DNA of 64,000 nt from Raillietiella orientalis (lineage: Eukaryota). Location: NCBI GenBank assembly GCA_036172245.1, contig JAYWIR010000023.1, positions 2,294,001-2,358,000 of the forward strand. The letters run 5' to 3'. A model generated the notes under the pieces. That model was not told where the DNA came from and did not search any database. It worked only from the letters and a program-made list of their open reading frames with translations. The position numbers and the translations under genes were made by a program. Below are positions 23,600-35,050 of the stretch, in pieces (within the stretch, counting starts at the first letter, position 1; each line of letters begins with the position of its first letter).

Positions 23600-25530
23600 T
23601 TAAAAAAAAAAAGGGACAGGGATCTTTGGTTCAGCTTTTTCTTCCTACTGCTAGCGCTGAATGTTGAGGATCTCCCTGACTACTTCTTGCAGGTGAGGTC
23701 ACCTCGAAGCAGTCCTCATCAAGGCGTCTGTGATTCAGAAGGCCTCTCTTCGCTGAGAACGAGATTCCATCACGAAGCGAACTGTGACTGTGGCGCGGAT
23801 GCAGCATCTCGTTGCCATCGTAGTGCCTTCCGTGAAAAATTGCCGCAGATGGTCCTCGAAGGTGTCCTTTGGGCGGTGGAACACCGAAGCACATCTCTGT
23901 CACATGTCTTCCAGGGTACCGCAGTCAACAGGAGGTGTGGGAATGATCCCATCGTCCCGCACCTCAAACAGTTCGGGGAGGCATCTCCCCCGTAAAGCAG
24001 GTACCTGCGCTGGTTGCACCGGAATCCCCAGTGCAAAAACAGCAGAACATCTTGTTTCCAGCGCGATGGCAACAAGGAGGTGTCCGCACACAGGGAAGGG
24101 ACCACGAGTTCTTCAAGGGGCACTCCGAGCAAGTGAATTCTCCAAAGGAGTCCCTTCGTCCGGGAACGAGGAGTGGCGCCATCCACCAGCCGTCAGAGGG
24201 TTTCTCGGCTCATGCAATGCTGCAGAAGAACTCTCACTCTGCCCGTTGACTACTGTCATTTTCCCCCGAGGGCAGACAGCTCTGCGGCAACAGTTGTGAC
24301 GGCGACTGTGCGGGACCACTGCGTCCAGTCCTGCAGGAGATCTCCCAGCGGCTCGCATGGAAGTTTCCGCGGCGGGCGAAGTTCCTCTGGGAGCGCTTCC
24401 AAAGTGCTAACCCCGTGTCTCCTTCCGCCAGAAGTTTTAGTTTTGGGGGAAGGCAGGAGATCCACAGGTGAGCTATCACAAGTGAGGATAGCTACCTCAG
24501 GTGGTAGTCAAATCCGCTCCTCTTATGACGGCTGCGCGGCAGCAATGAGAGAAGTCATTCGCTACAGGCACATCTCTTGAGGATAAGGTGTGCTGAAATG
24601 CACCAAACAGAGGTCCATTATTAGGCGAAGAGTATCAAAAGACGAAACTTCACTTGTAACCCGACTTTGTGATTGATCAGGATGTCCAAGCCGGAATCCA
24701 GGCGCAGCACCACCAAGTCTTTTAGGCGGATCCGGGACATTGCAGCGCTCTATAGGGCTTTCCTGAGGAGATGCCGCGCCCGAAATATCACCGAATAAGG
24801 GAGTCGACAAACAAAAAATTAGGGAATGAGGAAGGGTCATCAAAGGTGCTCCAGATGGTGTCCCGTTCCAGCAAGAAGAAATTGTCATCAAGGAACGAGC
24901 CGAGAGCCATCTCTGGTCTTCTGAAGGCAGGCCGACCGCGCTTCTGCAGCGCGAAAGTCGTCCAACGGTACGCCAAGGTACCTGCAGTACCTGCCCGTGG
25001 GTATCCCCAAGCGGATCCAGTCTGTCTGCCCCTCTCAAGACGCACTAAAGTCTTAGTTCTATGATCTTCAGCATCTACTTCGAATTGGTGCTGAAGGCTT
25101 GTAGCCTGACGCTGGCTAACCTTCCAAACTCCTGACCATGCACTTCGTCCTGTCGACTCTTATTCCCGCTTCCCTAAAGATCATCTCGAAGACATCCTCG
25201 AGCCCAGCTACAGGGATGGGCATGGGCAACAGAAGAAGCAGGTTGCCTTTGTAGACCGCCACGGACGACGTGCATGGTCGGGAGTTTGGAAGGTTAGCCA
25301 GCGTCAGGCTGTAAGCCTTCAACACTAATTCGAAGTAGATGCTGAAGATCATAGGGCTAAGACTGTTGCCCTGCGTTGCTATGGGCGTAACAGCTCTGAA
25401 AAAGAAATTCAATATCGCACTGAAGCAAGTAAGCCCCGGAAGAATCAGCGTGACCTGGACTTCCGTAAACATTGAGTCTCGAATCACTAGTCCTCGGGGA
25501 CAGAACACTGAAAGAAAGCTCGGACTGACA
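23600..25530 (-). mobile_element. Decayed L1/Tx1-like LINE, RT to 3' end
   Basis: TQGNSLSPMIFSIYFELVL (RT motif B'), degenerate YADD region (VYKGNLLLLLP), NFFLLERDTIWSTF, and NCLRCGTMGSFPHLL; 3' GATCCCTGTCCC plus a T tail. Confidence 0.85.
25049..25364. repeat. Inverted repeat with 102-bp arms (25049-25150 / 25263-25364) and a 112-bp spacer
   Basis: Arm 1 equals the reverse complement of arm 2 with 8 mismatches by manual alignment. Confidence 0.92.
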
Positions 25531-25619
25531 GGGAAGGGAAGAAGGAGAGGCCATGTCTTGTGTGAGACAGCATAGTGCACCAAGATAGCTCCTCCTCAAC
25601 GAGGAGCACGTAAAAGTTC

Positions 25620-26150
25620 GATGAAATACGATTCGCAGATGAAGTGCATCTGAAACTCATTTTGATACGAATTGTGCTCATGGTCAGGAATGGTGCAGAC
25701 AGTCTGCGTCGTACTGCATCTAGAGCCCAGCTCCAATGGCTCTGAGGTATGACGAAATGGTAACGCGTATCCCGAAAACATCTCAAGAGGGGAGGAGCTA
25801 TGCACAGCTTTTATCGAAGGTGGCGTTCGCGGCAAATGGTGGCTGCAGAACTGGGACCGATCCTCTGCTTAGAACCGATTTAGTGCAGCGAGAAAAGATC
25901 ATTCTGGATGTCGCATGCCCCTTCGAAAGTTTTCCAACCGTCTGATAAACAAAGGGAAGAATGCAGACAACTGGCGCTCCATTTCTCGGCCAAAGGGGTC
26001 CGTATGTCATCAAGGACATTCGTTGTCGGATTTTTGAAATTCTGGGACCCTGGGAACGATGCAGTGTTGAAGGGAGCTCAGAATCCAGAGGCAGCAGGCG
26101 AAACATGCCAGGAAGGAGCTCACATGCTCAAATATCCAATTCAACCGTGA
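25620..26150 (+). mobile_element. Decayed RLE-type (NeSL/Utopia/R2-group) non-LTR retrotransposon, C-terminal endonuclease remnant
   Basis: LRYDEMVTRI (cf. RH(N/D).IV.RI), LRTDLV..EKIILDVACPFE (cf. RPDLV...IDV.CPFE), then after a frameshift LALHF...FVVGFLKFWDPGNDAVL (cf. FVVGALGSWDP.ND.VL). Confidence 0.7.
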
Positions 26151-27479
26151 CATTTTTCGGAAGCGTCTTCCGAGGGGAATGGGTTGTGAAGCAGGAACTT
26201 GGCCAATGAAAGAGAAAAGCAGTGGACATGATGATAAATCTTTCTCTATTCAGCCGATGAAAATCTTTCTTTTTACAAGAGAATAGAATAGGAGGGATGA
26301 AGACCAATATCTGTAAAAAAAATTTGCAATAACTGTTTGCACCCGAGTCTCTGCAAGTGAATTTAATGAAATTCGTCCCTTCTCATGGAAGAGTTTCTTT
26401 TTGGTTCTGGAATCTTGCCTCAAGCTCCCTTGCATGGGTTAGTCTGCCACTTTGGAACGCCGCTCAAGAACTCATTCCTTCCGTGCTGGTGTCATTTTCC
26501 CGTGTAAAATTCAGCCATCGTGGACTTTTTGCTTTGCTCCTTGATAATTGCGGGAAACCTCCAAAGACTTTATGTGCTTTGAACAATTTTCTCTTCAACG
26601 TCTAAACTATGGCGGCTCCAAGACTGTTCGAACGACTAATTTCTTTACACCCATTATTCTTCACAGCAGCACTGCTATAAGGCAGTTTGTCTTTCTGAGA
26701 TTCAGATCTTCACACTTTGTTCGTAAGGAATTCGATACAGATATCAAAGTCTTTAGGAGATCTGATCTCTTCTCTGCCGACTCCTGAGAGCCTACAGATT
26801 AGAAGTCCTAGGGAGATTAGAAGCATGCTCCCATGAAGCTGAGGTTTTTCAGAGGAATAGCTGCTGTCTATGCTCATTTTACCCAGACTGTTCTCCCCCA
26901 TCACGTTCTCTTTCTCTACTGGACCAAATCACCTTTCTCAAAGGGAACAAATGTCTCCGGAAGATGAGGCCTCTCTACTGGCTACAGAGTCGGCTCACAC
27001 GATCGCTCCCACTGCAAGCATCGTCTGCAATAGAAGGTGACCAAACAATATTAACCCTCTTATGCAATGCTCGCAAAGGGTGGATAGATGAGCGAAACTC
27101 GTCTAGTAGAGAGTGTCATTAGGGCGAGTCGTTTTCTGCATGCAATTAATGTTTTTCGTCAGATCTCGAGATCCAACAGCAATAGTGACAAATGAATGCC
27201 AGCATGGAGTTCTCTTTAAAGATGTCAGAGATTTCCAAAGAAAAAAAAAAGATTTTAAGCTACATATGATTTGAGGTTTCTTTTTTCTCTTCCGAGGCGA
27301 ATGTGGAGGTGCAATTCCAATGTAATGGAGCTATTGGTAAACTGAGACTAAGGGGCAAAGCTTCTTGAGTGCCAGCTGAAGGATTTTCTAAAGGACGGTT
27401 CAAGCGAGAGCTATTTTTGAGCTCCCGAGTTCGAAGGACAACTCAGCTTAAAGATGGCGCCACTTGCAAGAGTCCCAGA

Positions 27480-28100
27480 GCTCGTCCTGTAGAAAACCCG
27501 CTCTTCCAGCTCGAGACCTTGATACTCATCGGCGCTATTTGCGTGGACTGGCGTGTTCTTCGAAGCGGCCTCTACTCCCATGACTCATAACTGTTTGCCA
27601 CCATCCTGGGTCGTGGACTTCGTTCCCCTGTGACAAACGCATGGTCGCAAAAAGAGTGCCAGGAATGTAACAAATGATGAAGAGATTCTCCATAGCCGTC
27701 AGCATCTATCTGTTCTCCTCCCTCCATTCCATCGTCTACACGTATGACGAGGTTTCCATCTCCTGGATGGTGGCGCATCCTGGAGCGGCGTATGCTGGGA
27801 ACGCGTTCAACTTCCTCCAGATGTTCTCCGCCCATCTCTTGGGGATATCTTCAGTTTCCTTGAGAATCCGTCGTATGCCGAATCCCATCCCAGGGAACTC
27901 ACGACAATCTCTCTGATGGATGTTCGCGCGACTCTGTTGGCGGCTTGAAGAGCCAGTTATTCGCCTTGCATTTCCGAGCAGGGAGGTCAGAGCGCCACTC
28001 TCGCGAGTTTCTCTCGAGAGAGCATGGGGGAGGAAGAGGAGCTCCATCAAGTGCTACTTGTACTGGGAAGGAAGCACTGCGCAAGACACGTTTGTACGGC
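27480..28100 (-). mobile_element. Decayed RTE-like LINE fragment
   Basis: ILKETEDIPKRWAENIWRKLN resembles the RTE ...EI..RW.E(H/Y)F..LLN block; the downstream GERSPRP resembles GK.PGPDG. Confidence 0.45.
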
Positions 28101-30569
28101 TTTCCCCGGATGACGCCCACGAAGACATCTTTTCGGGACGCTTGCGCGCGCTGGACGGTGTGGCGCTCCGCACGTTGGCAGAGCGTCGCGGATCCACCGG
28201 TCTGCCCCGTCTTCGTTGCGTAAGCTAGAAACAGACAGCTGTGCTTTCTGAACAGAGCCTGCGGTCCCGTAGCAGGGCTGGCTCCAGGACGGCCTCGCGC
28301 TTGACAGGAGTTCAATCTGTGGCTCTAGCAAGATTCTACGGTGCCCGGTTCTCCTTCTACGAGGGGGCAGACTCATCCTCCCCCCTCCATCGAAGACAAG
28401 AAATGCGGGCACTTACGAAAGGTGTTCCGTCATAAAACCTGTCGAAGAAGGTGTCTAGGTGACCCTCCCTCCAGGAAGCTGCTCAGCGGCGTCGAATCCC
28501 AGAGGCCAGGATTCGACCTGATCTGTCGATTCTCGCGCGTTCCGGAGCTGGAGGATGCTCGGTGAGTTCGTGCTGCCTCCTCTTCGTGAGACTGAGAACA
28601 CCCCATTCCGGATTTATCGCTCCTCCCGGCGACGAAGCGAAAATGGAGCATCAAAATAGAGAAGATGAACGAATGGGGGAGGACGAGGAGGAGGGAAGGG
28701 TCACCGGACTCGAGTCTTTCCTGGCCTCCAGTCGATGCGTCATGTAAGCAATGTCGAGACCAGCTTTCCCGTGGCTCGAGGGTGAAGGTGTTGCTGGAGA
28801 CGTGGTTTCCTTCTTGACGAAGGGCCGCCTCTTCCTTCCGCGGATATGACAGAAGAGAGTGAACTGCTACTGTGGCAGGAGGAATTCCTTCTGTGGAGAA
28901 GGAAGACCCATGCAAGAGGCCCTTAGGGGCGTAGTCCGGATAGGAAGGGAATCTCGCCGCTCCTAACCCGAACGAAGGGGCCCTGAGGTCCAGGAGGAGG
29001 TGAGGAAGGACTGCCCCGATCCACACAGGCTCGCGGGAGCGTCCCGCCTCTTCGTGTTACAGCTGCGCCTGTTGCATGGAGAGCTCGGTGCGGGAGCAGA
29101 GACATCGTCCAGGAGCTGAACGAGGGGAGGGACGGGGAGGCGGACATCCCGACCCTCATTTTCTATCCCTCACCACGTCCCTCCAACGAACTAGGGCAGG
29201 GGATGCCACCGGCGCGGCGCATGTTCCCCACCCATCCGGAGCACGCTTCCCAGGGTAGCGGATGCAGGGAGCCGAGTGGAAGGAAGACGCTCACGCGGAC
29301 TGCTCCCGAAAGCTGCGGGAGGAAGTGAAGGCGAAAGTCGCTGCCTACGCGACCCGTCTCCGCTCAGTAGATTTTGGGTATTTCCACTTCAACCGCTGGC
29401 CACGCCTCACATCCCTGCAGGTCGCCTTTCCCGGGTCCCCGGCGGTCGTCGGGGAACTTGCTCTGTGGCACCAGGGAAGATGAGGACGCTGGAAGATTTC
29501 ACGAGAGGATTCGCCTCAAGACGAGGACGGGGAACAAAGCAAAGCAAAAAAAATAAAAATAAAACTGCTGCTGCTCCATAATTCATGAACAATTTCCCGG
29601 AGGAAGATCTCCAGGGACAGGCGGCCCCATTTGGCGAACTGCTCAGAAACAGTTCCTCTCTCTAGGAGTCCCAGGCCTGACACCGGGTTCGTCTCAGGCG
29701 GCAGGTCACCTTGAACCACGGAAGGCTGCTGCTTTCGTTCGGCGGTCTCCAGGCAGGGAGCGAGAGCGGCTCTCTCCCTGCCTACCGGATCCTTGCTGGG
29801 AGCTCAACTTGCAGGGCGAGGGGAGCGTTAGCCTGCCGCCACTGCCACGCTCGCGGGCGGCGCGTGCTCCTACCCTGGGAACCTCGGGAAGTGCGGGGGC
29901 AGCTGCACCCCTTTCCGACAGAGGCCACCCTCACAAGCAGGCAGGGGCGCTTAAGGGATGGAAAGGGAGTCGCTGTTTCTTGCAGGTTCCGCTCGCGGGA
30001 GAGCAGCCCCTCCATTTGTATGCGTGCGCCGTGCTCCTCCACGATGCAGAGGGAGAGCTTTCGCTCATTCTCGGGGCGGAGGGAGGATACCGTAAACGCA
30101 AAAAGCTGGGAGATTTCCTCTCCGAGGTGATCGAGGGAGAGAGGAGGGGGCGATCAATCTCTGGACAGGAAAACTGGGATGTGGTTCTTCCTATAAGCGG
30201 GAAACCTCATAGGACTGGCTGCTAATTCGGCAGCGTCCCGGGAAGGAAGCGGAAGAGGGCAGCAGCGGGACGAAGACAGAAATGGGTGGAAGCAGAAAGT
30301 CACTCCGCCCCTGGAGGGCGTTGCCACTCGGTTGGACCACGGCGTTTCCTGGTAACCAATAACCACTCAAAGGAGGCATTGGTAGGACTTTCGGCAGCAA
30401 GCGACGAACCTGCCGAGATGCCGGAACGCGGACCGGCGAGGATCTCCTTGACAGCAGAGAGAGAGGGGTGCAAGCAGGAGGAAGGGCGAACCAAAAAGTC
30501 AATGGAAATAAACGGATAGACTTTGGAAGGTTCGGGAAGGAATCACGATCTGCTGGGAGGCGCTCTCGG

Positions 30570-31240
30570 CCATCCTTCCAAGGATGCCGGCAAGTTCCGG
30601 GGGCACACTACCTAAATGGTCCACCTCGTCGCTGTCCTCAGGAAGCGAATGGAAAAGTGGATGGCGTCCCTCTCGCCCTCGCCTCTTTCGTCAGCGCCCC
30701 AGGCAGTCACCATCCCACGGTAATTGCTTGGGCTGCGGGATGCTAGGGATGCGACTGGCAGTAGGGCATCTTCCGTGAAGAGGCACTCAAAAACGTCTCT
30801 GGAGTTGACCACCGGCATCCGAAGGGCCGTTGCTAAACGCTTCCATGGGGAGCAGAGGGCAACACAATGCACGAGCAGGTGCAGGAGGAATTCGCCTTTT
30901 TCCTCCTTCCAGGGTTCATTGATTCCGGGGTGCGTTGCGTGGAAGATCCCAGGGCAGCAACAGAAGCACCGACTTCCGCCACTTCAAAGGGAGGTGGAAG
31001 TCACCCCTACTTTTGCATAATCATAGGAGACCCGAAACCGTGCGAGTCAGCGGTCGTCGCTTGAAGGGGTGCTCTAGCTGCCGATGCGTCCAACAGATGC
31101 TCCTGCTGTGCGTTACGTGGTGGACGATGCAGCCATCAGCTCTGGTTCGCGTAGGAGCTCTGGAGAAGAATCGCTCGGCAGCAGATCTTCTAGAAAAGTT
31201 TTTCGCCCGGTCATGCCGGGGAGTTCCGAAGACGGAAGAA
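30570..31240 (-). mobile_element. L1/Tx1-like LINE 3' fragment
   Basis: HLLVHCVALCSPWKRLATAL...SRDVFECLFTEDALLPVASLA is homologous to the family 3' end. Confidence 0.75.
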
Positions 31241-31439
31241 GTCTAAGGAGAGAGTCTAACTACATACAGGTGGGAATAACAAAGAGTCCGTAACGGGGGA
31301 GAGGATCAGAGGACAACAAAAAAAAAAAGTCGAAGTGGGATGGGACAGGGGGTCTTTGAGTTTGCTCCATGTGCACCGGGAACAAAACAAAAAACATCGG
31401 GGAAGTTACAGAGCAAACGGGAATGGGAAACGAAGAAAA

Positions 31440-31690
31440 ACATGAAAATAAAATAAATGGAGGCAGGGGATAAGGGTCACCGGTGTCCGCCGTTCTTAGC
31501 TCTCCTCAACTGTCTCTGGATGCCGGCGATCTCTTCCTTCGCCTCTTCTAGGTAAGGCCACCTTGCAGCTATCCTGATGTAGGCGGCTGCCATCCTGGTG
31601 ACCTCCCTCTGCTGCGTGGTGGTCTCGATCACATGGCGGACCGCGACGATGGCGCGGATGCAACCGATGGTTGCGATCGCCACGCCTGAG
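31440..31690 (-). mobile_element. L1/Tx1-like LINE extreme 3' end (diverged subfamily)
   Basis: VAIATIGCIRAIVA...YIRIAARWPYLEEAKEEIAGIQRQL* is homologous to AAIAALCCVRGVVA...FLQIALRWPHLEREKELASILQRM; a T-rich tail follows on the minus strand. Confidence 0.75.
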
Positions 31691-31694
31691 CTTC

Positions 31695-33450
31695 TGGAAC
31701 GCTTTGGATTCCTGGCCGTCTTCCTGGCCTGTCTGCGCCCTAGCTGGCTCTCCGCGCTGATTAATGTTTTCTTCAACGGCCGGCACGTGTACTGCATTCC
31801 GGTGCGGCGCGGCGTGAGACAGGGAGACAGCCTGAGCCGCTTACTCTTCAGCACCTACTTCGAGTTGGTGCTGAGAGCGTACAGGGATACTCTGGCTTCC
31901 CTGCCGAGCTCGTGCTCGAGCTATGCCGTCCGTGTCAGCCTATGCAGATGACCTCTTGCTGCTGCTCCCCATGTCTTCCCCTACAAACGCACTCGAGGAA
32001 TTCTTCGAGCTGTCAAGTAGGGGAACGGGCATGAAGGTAAACAGAGCAAAGGTGCCGATGGGGGATATTTCCCCTACGGAAGCGTGGTCCGACTGCCTAC
32101 AGAAGGCAGAGTCGGTGCTCGGCCCGTTCCAAGGAGGCAACTTCCTGTTACCGGAGCAGGCCTTCATTTGGAGCACTTTTGTGGCCCCCGTCCTCCGACC
32201 TCTGCTTTTCGTGTGTCACGCTCCCCCCGGTGTGGTAAAACGGACAGAGGACCTCCTTCAAAAAACTCTCTGGGGCAATGGGAGGTCCCGAGTCCGATTA
32301 AAAGGCTTGTGTGCTCCTTGTCGCGACGGAGGCCTTGGACTCCTGACGTTGGAGCGCATGGAAGTTCAGTTGAACTTTCGAAGACTGGCCTTCGTGATCT
32401 GGGCCGCCCATTGGTGCGCCTCTGCACGTTTGCTCTCTCGGCTGGCAGTCGGTGGCGACAGATTCGCAACTCTGTTTGCATGTCACCGCCGCCGGCTCCC
32501 ATCCTGCGTCTTCCCTTTCCGGTGTGTCGCTGCTCTGGTGAGAGCGAACAGGTGGATTCGCTGCCGCTCTGCGAACATTCCGGCCTGGCAGCAGTAGGAA
32601 GTGAGGACGTGGACCGTGCTCACTCGGGCTCCGTAGGAAGTTACCCGCTGCCGAGAGTTTCAGAAGAATAGCGGAAGAACACTGGAGGCGGTGGGTAGTG
32701 ATCTGACCACTTGGGCTACCCAGCAGCCACCCCCTTCGCCGCAGCGGTGTCCTCCGCTATCAAGATACATGGCACCTGCCTACCGGCGAATTGGGAGGTT
32801 TCCTGCGAGATCTCGGTCCGCAGGAAGCCTATCAGTGGCTTGACACCGCGTGAGCTGGCTGATGCGGCAACAAGAACCACCTCCAAAGGACTGGAACGTT
32901 GGGGAGAACCCTTCTTCATTCAGCTCGAAGACTTGGACGTGCCCCCCGTGTTTATGACAGAAAACTGCTTCCCTTCGAGTGGCAGCAATCGACGCTGCTG
33001 ATACTGCACTGGGGTCTCCCGTGCAATGAGCGCCGGCACTACTGGACGAGGGGAAGCGCATCGCCGAACCGTGACAGATGTGGAGAGAAGGAGACTTTCC
33101 CTCACCTCATAGTGCAGTGTGTCGCCCTCCGGGAACTGTGGGAACGTTTCTCTGCGTCCCTTCCACACCCCGTGGACGATCCCAGAGACTCTTTGAGACT
33201 CCTCTTCGTGCGGGACGCCATAACGCCTGCAGCCGCAATCGCAGCGCTGTGCTGCGTGCGCGGTGTCGTCGCGGCGAAGTGCGACGCCGAGGGAGTCAGA
33301 GCGCCGGGGGGACTGTCCTGCATGCCATCCGCTTCCTGCAGATAGCTTTGAGGTGGCCTCATCTGGAAAGGGAGAAGGAGCTCGCCAGCATCCTTCAACG
33401 AATGCAAAGGCCTCACCCACCACGAAATGTGATCCCTTCCCTTCTACCCA
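31695..33450 (+). mobile_element. Best-preserved L1/Tx1-like non-LTR retrotransposon ORF2 (RT to C-terminal zinc knuckle), pseudogenised
   Basis: RRGVRQGDSLSRLLF, SAYADDL, GMKVNRAK, TLW...RDGGLGL, DRCGEKETFPHLIVQC. Frameshift near 31920, stop at 32595-32597 and later frameshifts. 3' GATCCCTTCCC and a T-rich tail to ~33530. Confidence 0.9.
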
Positions 33451-33669
33451 ACTAATTTTTGTTTTTGTTATTGTTTCTTTTTTTTTGGGTTGCTTGTTAT
33501 AGTTTGTTTTCATTTTATATTTTTGTTTCATCCCCCCTTCCCCCTTAGAGGACGTAATGGATCTCTCCGGCTGCTCCCTTCTTTCTAGTGTAACAATGGG
33601 AATTGGTGGGCCATCGGTTCCATCGATTCCTGTAACAGAATAAACGTCCCGGCGTACCTGGGTGTGAAA

Positions 33670-35050
33670 TCACCACGCCCGTGGAAAGTTCTTCCGGTGC
33701 GAAGAACCGCCGCAGCACATCTCGGGCGGTATTCTCCTGGTGCAGGGTGCTGACGCCAGCCTCCGCCACAGTTCCTGGAGGACAAGGCAATTTAAAAGCA
33801 GGTTCGACGGGATGGACCCCTCGACCCTCATCTGGCCCAGTTGGAGGACACAACCACAACGGAAGCGAGGGTGCCGTCGCTCATTGCACTGGAATCTCCA
33901 GTGCAGGAAGAGCAGCACGACCTGTTTCCAGAATAGGATGAACACTGAAGTGTCCAAACAATGGAGAAGGACCACAAGTTCTTCAGGGGTTCTAGATACG
34001 TCGGTCCAGATGACTGAGCTCTATCAAGTCCTCAGAAGGAAAGTCCTTAAAGTTCAACTCACTTGAGCAGCTCCTCTGCCCAACGCTTGGGGTCGCTGCC
34101 TCAACCAGCTAGCTGACCCGGCCGATGATGATATACCAAGGGGTCCCGTTGCTTCTGCGAAGGTTCGGGACAACTCTCTCACAACCACCCCATGAGACTC
34201 CCCCAGGGCAGCTCATGGGGGATCTGAGATCATCTCAGCGTGCTTCAGAAGCAGGTCAGGTGCCAACTTGATCCGACAGGGTGCTCAGAAATCATCATAA
34301 TCTTCTCATCTAGGGCATGCCGCGGGCTATCCACTGAAATGGATAAACAAGCTTAGGACTGGTTGGCTTTCTGTGGGAGCGAAATGAGACGGTTCGAGTC
34401 CTGCCGGGACAACACAAATAGGGAAGAAGTGGAGGGTGAGGAGGGAGAGTCGATGAATAAATAAATAGAGGGTGTGGAGAGAGGACTGGTCTCGCGGTGA
34501 CGATCATGAGGGTCTGTTCTGGGAGGGGGCGGGGAGATGGAGGGGAGAATGGAACGCAGTCATCGGTTCAGCCCGTCAGTCAGTCCCCAATTGCCCTGAG
34601 GAGTCCTTTCGCATCACTTTCCAGCTCACACCGTTCGCCGCATAAGGGCGACGGGAAGCGCGGATGGCTCCTTTGGATAGCGGACCCGTTCCTCTTCCAT
34701 ATCGGATGCTGCCGCTGCTCTCCAGAGAGTCAAAAGACTTCCAGTGAGGCAGCAACTGGTGGAGCGAGCATTGATGTGGGAAGGACCATCGTCGGAAAGT
34801 CCGAGCGCTCCTGAGATGAGCATTCGACCATGCTGCAGTTTCTGGAACATTCCAAAAGCAAGTTTGGAAGGGCACCTGCGAATTCCCAATGCGCTCGTTC
34901 CTTGGGAATCCTCCTCCCCGTGGGTGCGTGGAGGCGCTCTGCTTCCGGGGAAGATCCCCAGTGAATCAGCAAGATGGCGGCGTGTCGCTGAAGCGGAGGG
35001 TAGCATGGACGCGTCGGTCAGATCAACCTGGGACGTCAAGATTTTCTCAA
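33670..35050 (-). mobile_element. L1/Tx1-like LINE remnant, tail-to-tail with the preceding copy
   Basis: 33670-33975 encodes FWKQVVLLFLHWRFQCNERRH...NLLLNCLVLQELWRRLA, a clear family 3' block. The upstream part is weaker and its extent is uncertain. Confidence 0.6.
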
